Made by a program: the position numbers and the translations under genes. The notes under the pieces were generated by a model. The model searched no databases and was not told the DNA's origin. It saw only the letters and a list, made by a program, of their open reading frames with translations. 64,000 nucleotides of DNA from the human T2T-CHM13v2.0 reference genome, Homo sapiens, in assembly GCF_009914755.1 (NCBI RefSeq), contig NC_060938.1, one strand, 5' to 3'. How positions within the stretch are numbered: position 1 is the stretch's first letter; each line of letters starts with the position of its first letter. Shown here piece after piece: positions 14,583 to 29,204 of the stretch.

Positions 14583-15936
14583 AAGAAAATTGACTTGGAG
14601 ATGTACGGGTTCACATATAATTGAAAGTGAGCATTCCACAGTGACTTGAGAAAGTTGATTCCGGCTTTCAAAGCTTGCATTATGGGTAAGAAACTTGAGC
14701 CTAAAAAGAACTTATATGTATGTGGGTCATTAGACAATCTCCTCCCTCACCACCTTTTTTTTTCTTTAATCAAAGAATTATACATATGCAAGTAACTGAA
14801 TCACCTCTTCTTTCATTTTTTTCCCTCTTTAATCACAGCTGTGTGGAAAGTTTCCAGCTAGGCATTAAATTGGGTCAACAGCTAACACAGCATAAGTGTG
14901 GACAGCAGGGGCAATCGGTGGTATATACATAGGAAATAAACGACACTGTGCTGCTGGCATTGATAAGCTGTTGAATAGTGCAAGGGCCCTATTAAGATTT
15001 AAAGTAATAAAAGATGGGAGGAAATATGGTTACCAGCAGCTGATAAACATTCTTGCCTTATGAAGGCATTAGTTTCACTTAATGGCTTCTAGTGCCTGGA
15101 GTATAAGCTCTTGTAATTTTTCTCCCCCAGAGCAGACTGAAAGAATACCTAGGAATTGTCATCTTTGTAGTTGCTCAAGAAAGATCTTTGGGTGGCTGTG
15201 AGCAGATCTGAAAATAGTAAGTATGGCAGGTACATGGAGCTGCATCCGTTTGCAAAAGCTATCAATAAAGAAAGGTATAGAAAGGATGCCCTTGACCCCG
15301 GTATGTGCAGATAGAAGTGGAATTTCCTCCGGAATGTGCATGCAAATGTGCCTAGCTGCAAAAGAAGAGGCATTCCCTGCTCAGGTGTGTAGAGTGATTT
15401 AGAACCATTTGTTTCTGCTCAATGGTTCTCAAATGAACAGTATTTCCTCACTAGGAAACAGTGCTAATTCCAGGCTAGGACGGTCCACAGAGATGGTGGC
15501 TGTGCCCAGATCATTCTTGGAAATCTGAGGAAGGGAGTCATTTCTTCTCATGCCACACCCAGTAAGGGGTACATTAGATAGTCTATTTCCTCCAGGCAGA
15601 TCTACAGTGACCAGGACCATGTACTAGGATAGGAGAGGTTCTGGCACTATTCATCATTGGCTCCGGAAATAGCTTTCCCCTCTGAGCTCAAAGGTAGGCT
15701 CATCCTCTGCTAGAGTCTATTAGGTCTGGTGGGATTGGAACTCAGGTGCATACCCCTGGGCTCTCCAACCACTAGTGCTGCATCCAGGGCTTGGAGTCCT
15801 GCTTTGTGCCATCAGGTCATCAGTGACATGACTAGGGCAGCTCAACCCGCACCTCTGGCATCACTGCCTTCCTCCCATGGCCCCCTAGCATGAACCCAAA
15901 GACCACAGGGCCGGTTCCCTCCTTCAGGCCCAAGGC

Positions 15937-16355
15937 TGGGCCTCCAAATAATGGCCTCCCAAAGATGCCCACATTCACATGCCCAGAACCTGTGCATATG
16001 TTACCTTATGTGGCAAAAGAGACTTTGAAAATGTGAGTGAATTACAATATGGAGATTGGCCTGGGTTATCTGGGTGGACTCAAAGTAATCAATAAGAGGG
16101 TGACAGGAGGGTCAGAGTCAGAGAAGAAGTTGTAATGATAGAGGCAGGGAGCCATGAACCAAACAGTGTAGACAGCCTCTAGAGACTAGACCAAGCAAGG
16201 AAGTGGATTCTCTCCCAGGGACTTCAGAAGGACCTCACCCCTGCCAACTCATCCGAGGACTTCTGACCTCCAAAAGTATAAAATAATACATTTGTGCTGC
16301 TTTAAGTCACTGAGTTTGTGATAATTTGTTATAACAGCAGACAGAAACTAATACA
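15937..16355 (+). mobile_element. MLT1C/D solo LTR
   Basis: 'aataatggcctcccaaagatg...cccagaacctgtgcatatgttacctta'; ends 'gaaactaataca'. Confidence 0.85.
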
Positions 16356-17729
16356 GTTTATCTTATTCCTTTACTCATGATCAACTACTTTGGGGTTAAC
16401 GAACAACAGTGTATTTACTTCCTTCAATGAAACACTTACCTCCACCCACCAGAGTGAAAGTTTGTCACCCTGGTTCCAACAAATGCCACAAACCACTGTA
16501 TGATCATCTTTGGGTAGGTCAGCTTGTCTGCTATGGTATTTTTCTTTTATATTGCAGTTTACAAAGTGCTCATTTGTCTTGTATGATAGTTATATATGGA
16601 AGGTAGCATTACTATTTCACTTTTCTGATTTTCTAAAAAATATCTTTAATGAACACATATTAATTTTGTGATTAAATGACACAATAATTAGAAATGTTAA
16701 AAGGAGATGGCAGTTTTAGTCACTTAATAACCATAATACTAACAAATTCAGGCCACATGCTATCTCAGTGGATAGTCCCCAGAACCAAGTTAGGCTAGTT
16801 CATGAGGCATTTCAGATAGCTGAAGGGACTAAGTATACACTGGAAGATTGGGTACGAAGATCAAAAGACAGCTCTACAACAAAGCTTCATGGGCCATTGG
16901 TTTCACAGTAGGGGGAACTGAAATCCAGGCTACAGATTCAAAAGCTTACAACCTGGCAATTTATGTAGCATAGGGAATCAATGTCTATAGTCTTAATTAC
17001 ATAGAGGCTAAAGCCTCAATTATTCTATTTCTGTAGGCAGGATTCCTACATAATCTATAGCATCTATTGGCATAAAACATTCTTAGTGGCCATTCTGGGT
17101 ACAAGCATCCCATTTCTCTTTCTGTCCTTCCACACACTACCAGTGTCTCTCGCTTATTTCCTCCCAACTCTAATGTTCATATGTGGGTTATTTGAGCTTC
17201 TAAGTTAATTCCTTGCCTATATGTAAGGAACATATTGGAAAATTATAACCAAAGTGTAGTATATATTGCAGAGTCTCTACTTCCCATGAGCAGCTTTGGA
17301 GGGTACCCCACAGGAGAGGGTTAGCTGGCATCTTTCCATTAGGAAGCCAGCATCAGCACAAGGGGAAAACTTCTCTCCAAGGTCTAGACCTCTCTATCCC
17401 ATGAGACTTTGGGGACTGGAACTGGGTAGCAGGGCAGAATTGGGGGAAGGAGGCACTTAAGAGCTTTTTAATTTCAATATTCTAACCATTAGTGAGGGTG
17501 TGCTGCTGGGTACATGTCTGCCCATAAATAAACATGGACTGTTCATTGAAACTTGCATTTTTATGTAGAAAAGCTCATGCTACCTTATCACTTTTTGCAC
17601 AAAAGTTGACACATTATGAATGCTTTAAAAAAAAAGTTATACCTTACTCCCATACACTGAACATATCTTTCCTCATCTAAAACTATCCAAGCAGCCAACT
17701 TTTTAAAATTAATGGAAGGAGAGGGTCTA

Positions 17730-18326
17730 CAGCATGTATTCTCAATGGGGGCAATGTAGCCCCCTAAGGGAGCCAAAATTGGTTCTGGGTTGGGAGTGGT
17801 GAAAAAAGTCTTTAAAAAAATAAATTGCAGAATATACATGCAGCACATAGATTGATATATATATCTGTGATATTAAAATTTCATATGGAGGTAGTTGGGA
17901 AAAAATGTCTAAAAAACCTCCTTAGGGTGATATTTGATATGGTTTTGCTGTGTCCCCACCCAACTCTCATCTTGAATTGTAGCTCCCATAATTCCCATGT
18001 GTGGTGGGAGGGACCTGGTGGGAGATAATTGAATCATGGGGGTGGTTTCCCCCATACTGTTCTCGTGGTAGTGAATAAGTCTCATGAGATCTGATGGTTT
18101 TATAAGGGATTTCTGCTTTCACTTCTCATTTTCCTTCTTGCCTATTGCCATGTAAGATATTCCTTGCTCTTCCACCATGATTGTCAGGCCTCCCCAGCCA
18201 TGTAGAACTGTGAGTCAGTCAAAACTCTTTTTTCTTTAATAAATTACCCAGTCTCAGGTATGTCTTTATTAGCAACATGAGAAGAGACTAATACAATATT
18301 GAAAAAAAAAAAGTTGAGAAACACTG
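17730..18326. mobile_element. hAT-Charlie-like MITE interrupted by THE1
   Basis: Termini 'gtattctcaatgggggc' and 'gttgagaaacactg' resemble CAGTGTTTCTCAA-type TIRs. Confidence 0.5.
17935..18295 (+). mobile_element. THE1 solo LTR
   Basis: tgatatgg...actaataca with a perfect TSD ATATT. Confidence 0.95.
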
Positions 18327-18369
18327 ATCTATAGTAAAATTTAAATATCCAACTTCTACTATTTTTTTG

Positions 18370-18515
18370 GCTGTCCATTCCCAGTAGAATACAAGTTCCA
18401 TGAAGGCAGGGATATTTGTCTTTTTTGTGCACTGATTTCTCCTAAGTGCCTAGAATGGTGCCTGGGATGTAGGAGGTATTCAATCCATACATATTGAATT
18501 GAATGCATGAATGAA
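18370..18515 (+). mobile_element. L2 3' end
   Basis: 'aagttccatgaaggcaggga...cctagaatggtgcctgg...ttgaattgaatgcatgaatgaa'. Confidence 0.8.
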
Positions 18516-18748
18516 CAACTTCCCTCAGTGTCCCAGAGTCCACTTTCTCTCAACACTGCAAGTGGTGGCAAGCTGGAAGGTTTGTGAGCAGTGCTGGAGC
18601 TGGGCTCTTCCAGGTGCATTCACAATAGTTTAAAATAGCAGGTGCATCAGAGGAGGCCTCTTTGTTCCTGGTACTATGCTCATTGATGTTTACTATGAGC
18701 CCCTTGCAGACTCAAGCATCCATTGTTTGCCTTTTAAATATCTCTACT

Positions 18749-19046
18749 AGCCGGGTGCGGTGGCTCACGCCTGTAATCCCAGCACTTTGGGAGGCCGAAG
18801 CGGGCGGATCATGAGGTCAGGAGATCGAGACCATCCTGGCCAACATGGTGAAACTCCCTGTCTACTAAAAATACAAAAAATGAGCTGGGAGTGGTGGCAC
18901 GTGCCTGTAATCCCATCTCCTCAGGAGGCTGAGGCAGAAGAATTGCTTGAACTAGGGCATCAAAAGTTGCAGTGAGCCGAGATAGCACCATTGCATTCCA
19001 GCCTGGTGACAGAGAGCGACTCCATCTAAAAAATAAAAAAAAAAAA
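18749..19046 (+). mobile_element. AluSc-type
   Basis: 'gatcatgaggtcaggagatcgagaccatcctggccaacatgg' and 'cagcctggtgacag'. Confidence 0.92.
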
Positions 19047-19075
19047 TTTTTAAATTTAAAAATCTCTACTCTCCA

Positions 19076-19391
<316 letters not shown>

Positions 19392-19989
19392 CTACTGTCT
19401 ACTTCCCCCACCCCTAATATCCTAGCTATGTGGCCCAAGTACTTATTTAGCCCAGTCCATGAAAGTAAAGGACAGTGGACAGTGTCCTTTGATAGGAGGG
19501 TGGGGCAGAATGGGAAAAGAAAATGGTAGGGTCTGGAGGTACAAGTGGGGGCCAGAGAGAGGGGCTTTACAGATTATTCGGGTGTTTGAAAGTCAGTTGG
19601 TGTTATCTTTAACATACAAACATGTATTATGAATCTCTGAGCATCCTTCAACGATTCCTGAATTTTCAAAACAGTTGTGTCCAAATGACACACCTTGTCC
19701 AGAAACAATTTGGTTTTGATAGAAAAAGAGGCAAAATAAAAACACTGATTTACAGGCTCATGGTGAGGGGTTTGGGGAGGCAGATGAGAAGAGAACCTAG
19801 AAAGGATGTCAAGAGCAGACTTAGCTGACCTCACTTTGCCTTGGGCTTGCTTTCCTACAGACATTGACAGTGAGAGTTGTTTTTGCTCACCACACTGGGA
19901 ATATGTATTGCTTAGGAGACACATGGCAGTTAAGGCAAACAGCACATGCCAACAATATGTTGCATGATTTGATGCCTGTTTTCAAGGAA

Positions 19990-21010
19990 CTTCACTAGGA
20001 AGTGTGTGTGTGGGTTTATATAGCCACGTACATACATATACATTTATATATGTTTTATATACTTAGAAATAAATACGGAATTTGTTACAGGAACGTGGCC
20101 TTACACAATCATGGGAGCTGGTCTGCCATCTTCATTAAGCCATTGTCTGGTACAGATGCTGGAGTTTGAAGTCTGTAGGATAGGAAATCAGATGTTGTCT
20201 CAGTTGGCACCTGCTGCATAATACGGTACCATAGACTAGGTGGCTTAAACAACACACATTTATTCTCTCATACTTCCAGAGGCTGGAAGTCCAAAATCAG
20301 TGTCTTGCAGGGTTCGGTTTCTGGTGATTCCCCACTTCCTGGCTGTGGGCAGTGCCCTCTTGTTGTGTGCTCACGTGACCTCTTCTTTGTGCACATGTGG
20401 AGAGAACAGGCTCTCCAGTGTCTTCACTTATAAGGACACTCATCCTATCCGATTGAGACCCTACCTTATCATCGCTTAACCTTAATTACTTCTGTAAAGG
20501 GCGCTATCTCCAAGGACAGTTATATTGGGATTGGGGCTTTCACATAAGAATTTTGCAGGGACATGAATTGCAGTCCATGACAGATGTAAACTTTGAGAAA
20601 CAGGAAAAAGCTGGAACCTAAAAGCAGAAGTGGGAACCTGTGAGGTTGGACTGAAACTCAGATCAGTTCTTGCTGCCTCTGACCTTGATGTATGTATCCT
20701 GGAGGAGATGCTGGCATCTCTCATCATGGAGCTAATTGTAGGACAGGCCCAGAAATGGAAGAAGCTGGAAGAGAGTCTAGTGGAAGGTGGGGCAGCGTGG
20801 GCCCAGCTGCTGTTGCCTGCCAAAGAGGTGAGCAGCAGATAAGCGACGAGGTATGTGAGCTCACACACCCAATCCACTGTGGCACTTCTGCCTTCCAGAT
20901 CCTCCATAAGAAGGTCTCTTTGGCCTACTCTGCTCAGAAATATATAAGGCAGGAGATTCTGAGAAATCTAGTTGAGTCCAGCCACGTTGACATGCTACAA
21001 AGCCACCACA
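19990..21010 (-). mobile_element. Old MLT2-type (ERVL) LTR split by MLT1
   Basis: TG/TA tract, 'ggccttacacaatcatgggagctgg', terminal 'gttgacatgctacaaagccaccaca'. Confidence 0.55.
20196..20582 (-). mobile_element. MLT1A-type solo LTR
   Basis: 'taccatagactaggtggcttaaacaac...cagtccatgaca' with a perfect TSD GATGT. Confidence 0.88.
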
Positions 21011-21974
21011 GACTCTAAGGAGAAATTATGTCCAGGGTTGGGAGAAGAGAGCCATTAGCTGTACTTGGATGAACAGTTAGTGGCCTAGAAACTGATCTAG
21101 AAAGGGATCTCTGTTGATGAAAAAGGACAGTGGTGTAAATAAAGGAAGAGTGATTTGGCGATGGGGTGTTGGTTCAGAGTTAAAGACATGAGAATGACAA
21201 AGAAAGGACAAGGGTGGCGATTGAGATAGATGCCTTTATTAAGTATAGGGTATAGAAGTGTAGAATAGAGAAGACAAAGAAAAGCAAAAGAACTGAATAG
21301 CTAGAATGTATTAATGCAGGGCATCAGGCATGTGGAGCCAGCTAAAAAGTGAGAGATCAAACAAGATTCTTAGAGCAAGAGAACATCAGTAGGAACTAGC
21401 CACATTTATTTCACGGACTCAATGATACTGAGTTTCTACTACTACAGGGTACTGTGTTTGATGCACATAAAAATTATTAACATGTATTCCTGCTTATCAT
21501 TATCGGAGGCAGGGGTTGTGAAGTCAGCATGATCCCCACCGCCACGCCCCCACCCCAGGCCAAACTCTAAAGGTATTTACCTGGGTTTTCTTTCGAAAAA
21601 GGAAGAGGTCTTATTTTTTTTTTTTATGGGAGCTGAGGGCAGTGGATAAATTTGGAACCAGACAGTTGAAGTATTACCATAAGCATCAGAAAAAGTGAAT
21701 AGGTTTTTAAAATAATAGGGAATAGAGATAGAAAGCAATCAACAAGGCTTGTTTTAGAATTAAAACTCTACAAAGTAAAAGATGTAGCCTGAATGACCCT
21801 TGAAATCACATGTATAATTTATAGCACCTGATTCCCTCCAAGTCATGGTACAGAAAATGTATGTCTCAGCTGTGCCATGCTGGCCAATCTGGTCTAGCCT
21901 CAGGCTTGTCACATATGAAGTGGTGATGACATATTTATATCACAGAACAATTGTGAAAAACAACGGCTAATGTA

Positions 21975-22100
21975 GTTACTCAACAAATGTAGTGTGCACT
22001 AACCTTACGCTAGGCACTATTCCCGGCACTAGGGACACAGAAATGAAGAGAGAAACAATGTCCTCATTCTCGTGGAACTTGCAAGGTAGTCAGAAGAGAC
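21975..22100 (-). mobile_element. L2 3' end (left part of split L2)
   Basis: 'ctcaacaaatgt...ctaggcactatt...ctagggacacagaaatgaa...ctcgtggaactt...gagaca'. Confidence 0.8.
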
Positions 22101-22490
22101 ATTTTATTATTTAATCTCTCACTGTCTAATATCATAGAAATCATACATTCACATTCATCCAGAGAGATAGTTATTATTACCTTTTTCACATGCTGAAACA
22201 GAGGTTACTTGTCTGAGACCTCTTGCTATCAAGTGTTAAAGGTGAGACTGAGTCCAGGTCTTATATGACTCCATATGCCCAGCACTCTTCAAACGGCCAA
22301 ATGCCTCATCCCACAGAAAATAGAAGCCCACAGTCCTCATATACTATAAAACTTAAATAGAATACATTATCTCATGTGGACAGATGGTTATGACTTTATA
22401 AACTAGGAAATCCTATGTAGGCAGATGTTTAGTTGATGAAAAGAAGTGTAAACATGACCCTAATGAATACATGTTCTGCAAGTTATTGGT
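22098..22490 (+). repeat. Local duplicate of 30970-31347
   Basis: Direct alignment by eye, e.g. shared 'tacattatctcatgtggacag', 'tggttatgactttataaacta', 'aagaagtgtaaacatgaccctaat'. Confidence 0.93.
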
Positions 22491-22504
22491 TGCTATTAAT
22501 ACAG

Positions 22505-22978
<474 letters not shown>

Positions 22979-22979
22979 A

Positions 22980-23440
22980 TGCAATAGAGGAAATAAAAGG
23001 GGGTGATGGGATCGAGTGAGAGGAGAAGATCTCTTTAGACTGGTTGGTGAGGGAAGGCCCCTGTGAGGAGACTATTGAGATATACCTGAGGAATGGGAAG
23101 GAGGCAGATCTCTGAAAATCTGGAGGAAGCCCTTTCTAGGAGAAGGAACACACAAGCAAAGGCCCTAAGGCAAGAATGAGCTTGGTGTCCTTGGGGAACA
23201 AAATGAAGATCAGAGTGGCTGGAGGTTGCTGAGCAAATGGGACCTGGTTAATTCATGCATCTGGAAAGGTAGAAAGGAGCTAGATCCTGCAAGTCCTTGC
23301 AGGCCACAGTAAGGAATCTGAATTTTGTTAATATATAAGACACAAGGTATTGGAAGACACAAAGTCATCGGAAGATTTTAAGCGAGAGTGACAGGCCATT
23401 GGTATTTTTTAAAAAATCACTGTGGCTGCTATAAAACTAT
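22980..23440 (-). mobile_element. L2 (right part of split L2)
   Basis: 'ggtgagggaaggcccctgtgaggag', 'gcaaaggccctaaggcaagaatgagcttgg', 'atcactgtggctgct'. Confidence 0.85.
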
Positions 23441-24778
23441 CACTTATGGAGCAACTGTAGGCTTTTTGCTCTTTTTAAAGATTATTGTGCATTGGATCAT
23501 TCATGGATGCCAGACTTGAAATGAACAAGATGGGGAATAATGGGGAACTTCTGGAATATCAGTAAAAATAAAGAAGCTGCTAGGATCCTGGCTACAGTGT
23601 GAACCCTTGAGTTGTGGCAGCCGTGAGAGATGGATGTGATGGCTGTGTGGTCCTGCGAGTCACTTTTCTCTATCAAATATACTTGACCTTCATGTGACCC
23701 TTTCCATCTCTTTGTGACCAAGTACCAAGTGATAAGCGTTAATTAATTTTTGGGTCACTGTGACAGATCATCAGTGTGCTACACTTTTCAGGTAACAGGT
23801 TTCCTTGAACCATTTGCAATGCCCAAATTATAAGAAATCCCTTAATATCTGACTCTAACAGAGTTGCAGTTTCCAAGTCTATAGCATCCCACTAACAGAG
23901 GGGTTGGAAGACAAGATGGAGCCACAAAGGTAGCAGTGGCAACCCGTCCACCCCTGCTTAATGCTACTCCTGGTTTAAGACATGAGCCCAATTTCTCTTT
24001 AGCTGGTAGGATGACAGAAAAAGTTTTAACAGCTTTTTTGAGGCATAATTGATATTAAAAAGGACACATATTTCATGTGTACATTTTGATGAGTTTGGAC
24101 ATATGCAATTACCTGTGAAACTATCATCACAATCCAGGGAATAAACATGCCTGTCACCTCCAGAAGTTTCCTTGTGCCCCCTTGTTGTTTTTGTTTGTTT
24201 GTGTGGTAGAACACTTAACATGATATCCACCTTCTTAACAAATTTTTTAAGCGCACAATACAGTATTGTTAATTATAGGGACTGTGTTGTACAACAGATC
24301 TGTAGAACTCATTCACCTTTCATAACTGAAACCTTCTACTTGTTCAGTAATAACTCCCTATCTCTCCCTACCCCCAGCCCCTGGCAACCACGATTCTACT
24401 CTCTGCTTCTATGGTTTTGACTATTTTACAATCCTCATATAAGTGTGACCATGTAGTATTTGTCCTTCTGTGACTGGCTTATTTCACTTAGCATAGTGTC
24501 CTCCAAGCTTATCTATATTGTCACGTATTTCAGAATTTCCTTTTTTAAGGCTGAATAATATTCCACTGTGTGTATAGACTATATTTTCTTTATTCTTTCA
24601 TCCATCAATGAGACACTTAGGTTGTTTCTATATCTTGACTATTGTGAAGAATGCTGCAATGAACTTGGGCGTGCAAATATCTCTTCAAGATCCTGATTTC
24701 AGTTATTTTGGCTATATACCCAGAAGTGGGATCACTGGATCATATGATAGTGCTATTTTTAATGTTTTTAGGAATCTC

Positions 24779-27016
24779 TGAGATGGTTTGGCTGTGTCCC
24801 CACCCAAACCTCATCTTGAATTGTAGCTCCCCTAATTCCCACAAGTAGTGGGAGGGACCCAGTGGGAGATAATTGATTCATGGGGATGGTTTCCCCATAC
24901 TGTTCTCATGGTAGTGAATAAATATCATGAGATCTGATAGTTTTATAAGAGGTTTTCCCTTTCCCTTGGCTCTCACTCTCTCTTGTCTGCCACCATGTAA
25001 GACATGCCTTTTGCCTTCCACCATGATTGTGAGGCACCCCACCCCCAGCCATGTGGAACTGTGTGTCCATTAAACTTCTTTTTCTTTATAAATTACCCAG
25101 TCTCAGGTGTGTCTTTATCAGCAGCATGAGAATGGACTAATACAGTAAATTGGCACTGCGAGGGTAGGGAGCTATTGTAAAGATACCTGAAAATGTAAAA
25201 GCAACTTTGAAACCAAGTAACAGGGAGAGGCTGGAAGAGTTTGGAGGGCTCAGAAGAAGACAGGAAAATGTGGGAAAGTTTGGAACTTCCTAGAGACTTG
25301 TTGAATGGCTTTGACCAAAATGCTGATAGTGATATGAAAAATGAAGTCCAGATTGAGGTGTTCTCAGATGGAGATGAGGAACTTGTTAGGAACTGGAGTA
25401 AAAGTGACTCTTGCTATGTTTTAGCAAAGAGACTGGTGGCATTTTGTCCTTGCCCTAGAGATTTGTGGAACTTTGAACTTGAGGGAGATGATTTAGGGTA
25501 TCTGGCAGAAGAAATTGCTAAGCAGCAAACCATTCAAGATGTGAGTTTGGTGCTGTTAAAAGCATTCAGTTTTGAAAGGGAAACAGAGCATAAAAGTTCA
25601 GAAAATTTGCAGCCTGATGACGCAGTAGAAAAACCCATTTTCTGAGGAGAAATTCAAGCCGGCTGCAGAGATTTGCAAAAGTAACAAGGAACCAAATGTT
25701 AATCACCAAGGCAATGGGGAAAATGTCTCCAGGGCATGTCAGATAACTTTGCTCCCATTACAGGCCCAGAGGCCTAGGAGGAAAAAATGGCCCCCCCCCA
25801 CCTGCTATGTGCAGCTTAGGGACTTGGTGCCCGGCATCCTAGCCATTTTAGCCATGGCTAAAAGGGGCCAAGGTATAGCTGGGGCCATGGCTTCAGAAGG
25901 TGCAAGCCCCAAGACTTGGCAGCTTCCACGTGGGCACACAGAAGTTAAGAATTGAGTTTTGGGAACTTCTGCCTAGATTTCAGAGGATATATGGAAACTC
26001 CTGGATGTCCAGGCAGAAGCTTTCTGTAGGGGTGGGGCCCTCATGGAGAACCCTTTGCTAGGGCAGTGCAGAAGGAAAATGTGGGATTGAAGCCCCCACA
26101 CAGAGTCCCCACAGGGGCACTGCCTAGGGAAGTTGTCAGAAGAGGGCCACCATCTTCCAGACCCCAGAATGGTAGATCCACTAACAGCTTGTATCGTATG
26201 CCTGGAAAAGCCACAAACACTCAAAGCCAGCCCTGAAAGAAGCTGGGAGGTAGGCTGTACCCTGCAAAGCCACAAGGGTGGGGCTGCCCATAGGAACCCA
26301 CCTCTTGCATCGGCGTGACCTGAATGTGAGACACAGAGTCAAAGGAGATCATTTTCAAGCTTTAAGATTTCACTGCCCTGCTGGATTTTGGACTTGGATG
26401 GGGCCTTTAGCCCCCTCATTTTGGCCAATTTCTCCCATTTGGGATGGGTATATCTATCCAACGCCTGTACCCCCATTGTATCTAGGAAGTAACTAACTTG
26501 CTTTTGATTTTACAGGCTCATAGGCAGAAGGGACTTACCTTGTCTCAGATGAGACTTTGGACTGTGGACTTTTGAGTTAATCCTGAAATGAGTTAAGACT
26601 TTGGGGGACTATAGTGAAGGCATGGTTGGCTTTGAAATGTAAGGACATGAGATTTGGGAGGGGCCGGGGGCAGAATGATATGGTTTGGCTGTGTCCCCAC
26701 CCAAATCTCATCTTGAATTGTAGCTCCCGTAGTTCCCACATGTTGTGGGAAGGACCTGGTGGGAGATAATTGAATCATGGGGGCAGTTCCTCCATACTGT
26801 TCTCATGGTAGTGAATAAGTCTCATGGGATCTAATGGTTTTATATGGGTTTTCTCTTTCACTTGGTTCTCATTCTCTCGTCTGCCACCATGTAAGATGTC
26901 CTTTTTGCCTTCCACCGTCATCATGTGGAACTGTGAGTCCATTAAACCTCTTTTTCCTTATAAATTACCCAGTCTTGTGTATGTCTTTATCAGCAGCATG
27001 AAAATGGACTAATCCA
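24779..27016 (+). mobile_element. Full-length THE1 MaLR: 5'LTR 24779-25144, internal 25145-26675, 3'LTR 26676-27016
   Basis: Two homologous LTRs; THE1-int ORF remnant 25241-25645 (EGSEEDRKMWESLELPRDLLNGFDQNAD); purine tract before the 3'LTR; perfect TSD ATCTC. Confidence 0.96.
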
Positions 27017-28167
27017 ATCTCCATACTGCTTTCCATAGCAGCTACAACATTTTACATTTTACATTTCCACTAACAGTGTACAAGGGTTCCAGTTTCTTTA
27101 CATCCTTGCCAGCACTTGTCTTTTTGATAATAGTCATCCTAACAGGTGTGAGGTGATATCTCATTGTATTTTTGATGTGCATTTCTCTCATGATTGGCAA
27201 TGTTGACCAACTTTTCATATACTTGTTGGCCATTTTTATGTCATTTTTTGAGAAATGCCTGTTCAAGTCATTTGCCCATTTTTAAATTTGTTTATTTTCT
27301 TGCCATTGAGTTGTAGTAGGAGTTCCTTATATCTCTTAGGTATTAAACCCTTGTCAGATATGTGGTTTGTGAATATTTTATCCCATTTCATAGGCTGCCT
27401 TTTCACTCTGTTGATTGTTTCCTTTGCTGCACAGAGCTTTTTAATTTGATGTAGTCCCACTTGCCTATTTTTGCTTTTGTTGCCTATGTTTTTGGTGTCA
27501 CATCCAAGAAATCATTGCAGAGACCAATATCATAAAGTTTTGCCCCATGTTTTATTCTAGGAATTTTATAGTTTCAGGTCTTACATTTAAGTCTTTAACT
27601 TACTTTGAGTTGATTTTTATATGGTATAAAGTAAGCATTCAATTTCATTCTTTTGCATATAAGTATTCATTTTTTGCAGCATAATTTATCAAGGGACTAA
27701 ACTTTCTCCATTGTATATTCTTGGCACCCTTGTTGAAGATCAATTGACTGTATATGCATGAATTTATTGCTCCACTGTCTCTTCTGTTCCATTGATCTAT
27801 ATGTCTGTCTTTACGCCAGTAACATACTATTTTGATTACTCTAGGTTCGTTATATATTTTGAAATCAGGAAGTGTGATGTATCCATTTTTGTTCTTCTTT
27901 CTCAAGATTGCTTTGGCTTTTTGGGGTCTTTTGTGGTTCCATGAGAATTTTAGTATTTTTTTTTTTCTATTTCTGTAAAAAATGCCCTTGGGATTTTGAT
28001 GGGGAAAGCATGGAGCCTGTAGATCACTTTGGGTAGTATAGATATTTTAGCAATATTGTCTTCTAGTCCACAAACACAGGGTATCTTTCCATTTTTTATG
28101 TTTTCTTTAATTTATTTCATTGATGTTGCCTCAGTTTCAGTGAATAATCTTAAACCTTCTTGGTTAA

Positions 28168-28517
<350 letters not shown>

Positions 28518-28884
28518 AGGATTGTTTTCTTAATTTCCTTTTCAGATAGTTCAGTCTTAGTACAGGGAAATGCAACTAATTTTTGTATGTTGATTTTGTT
28601 TCCTGATATTTCACTGAATTTATTTATTAGTTCTAACAGTTTTTGTGTTGAGTCTTTAGGGTTTACTGCATATAATATCATGTCATCTGCAAACAGAGAT
28701 ATTCTTACTTCTTTCTTTCCTGTTTGGATTTCTTTTTCTTGCCTAATTGCTCGGATTAGGACTTTCAGTAGTATGTTGAAAGTAAGTGGTGACAGTGGGC
28801 ATCATTATCTTATTCTTGATCTTAGAAGAAAAGCTTCTATTTTTCGTTAGTATAATGTTAACTGCGGGATTGTCATATGTGACC

Positions 28885-29204
<320 letters not shown>

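Noticed and set aside
25241-25645. 134-aa ORF
   Set aside because: Standard THE1-internal ORF remnant, not a cellular gene.
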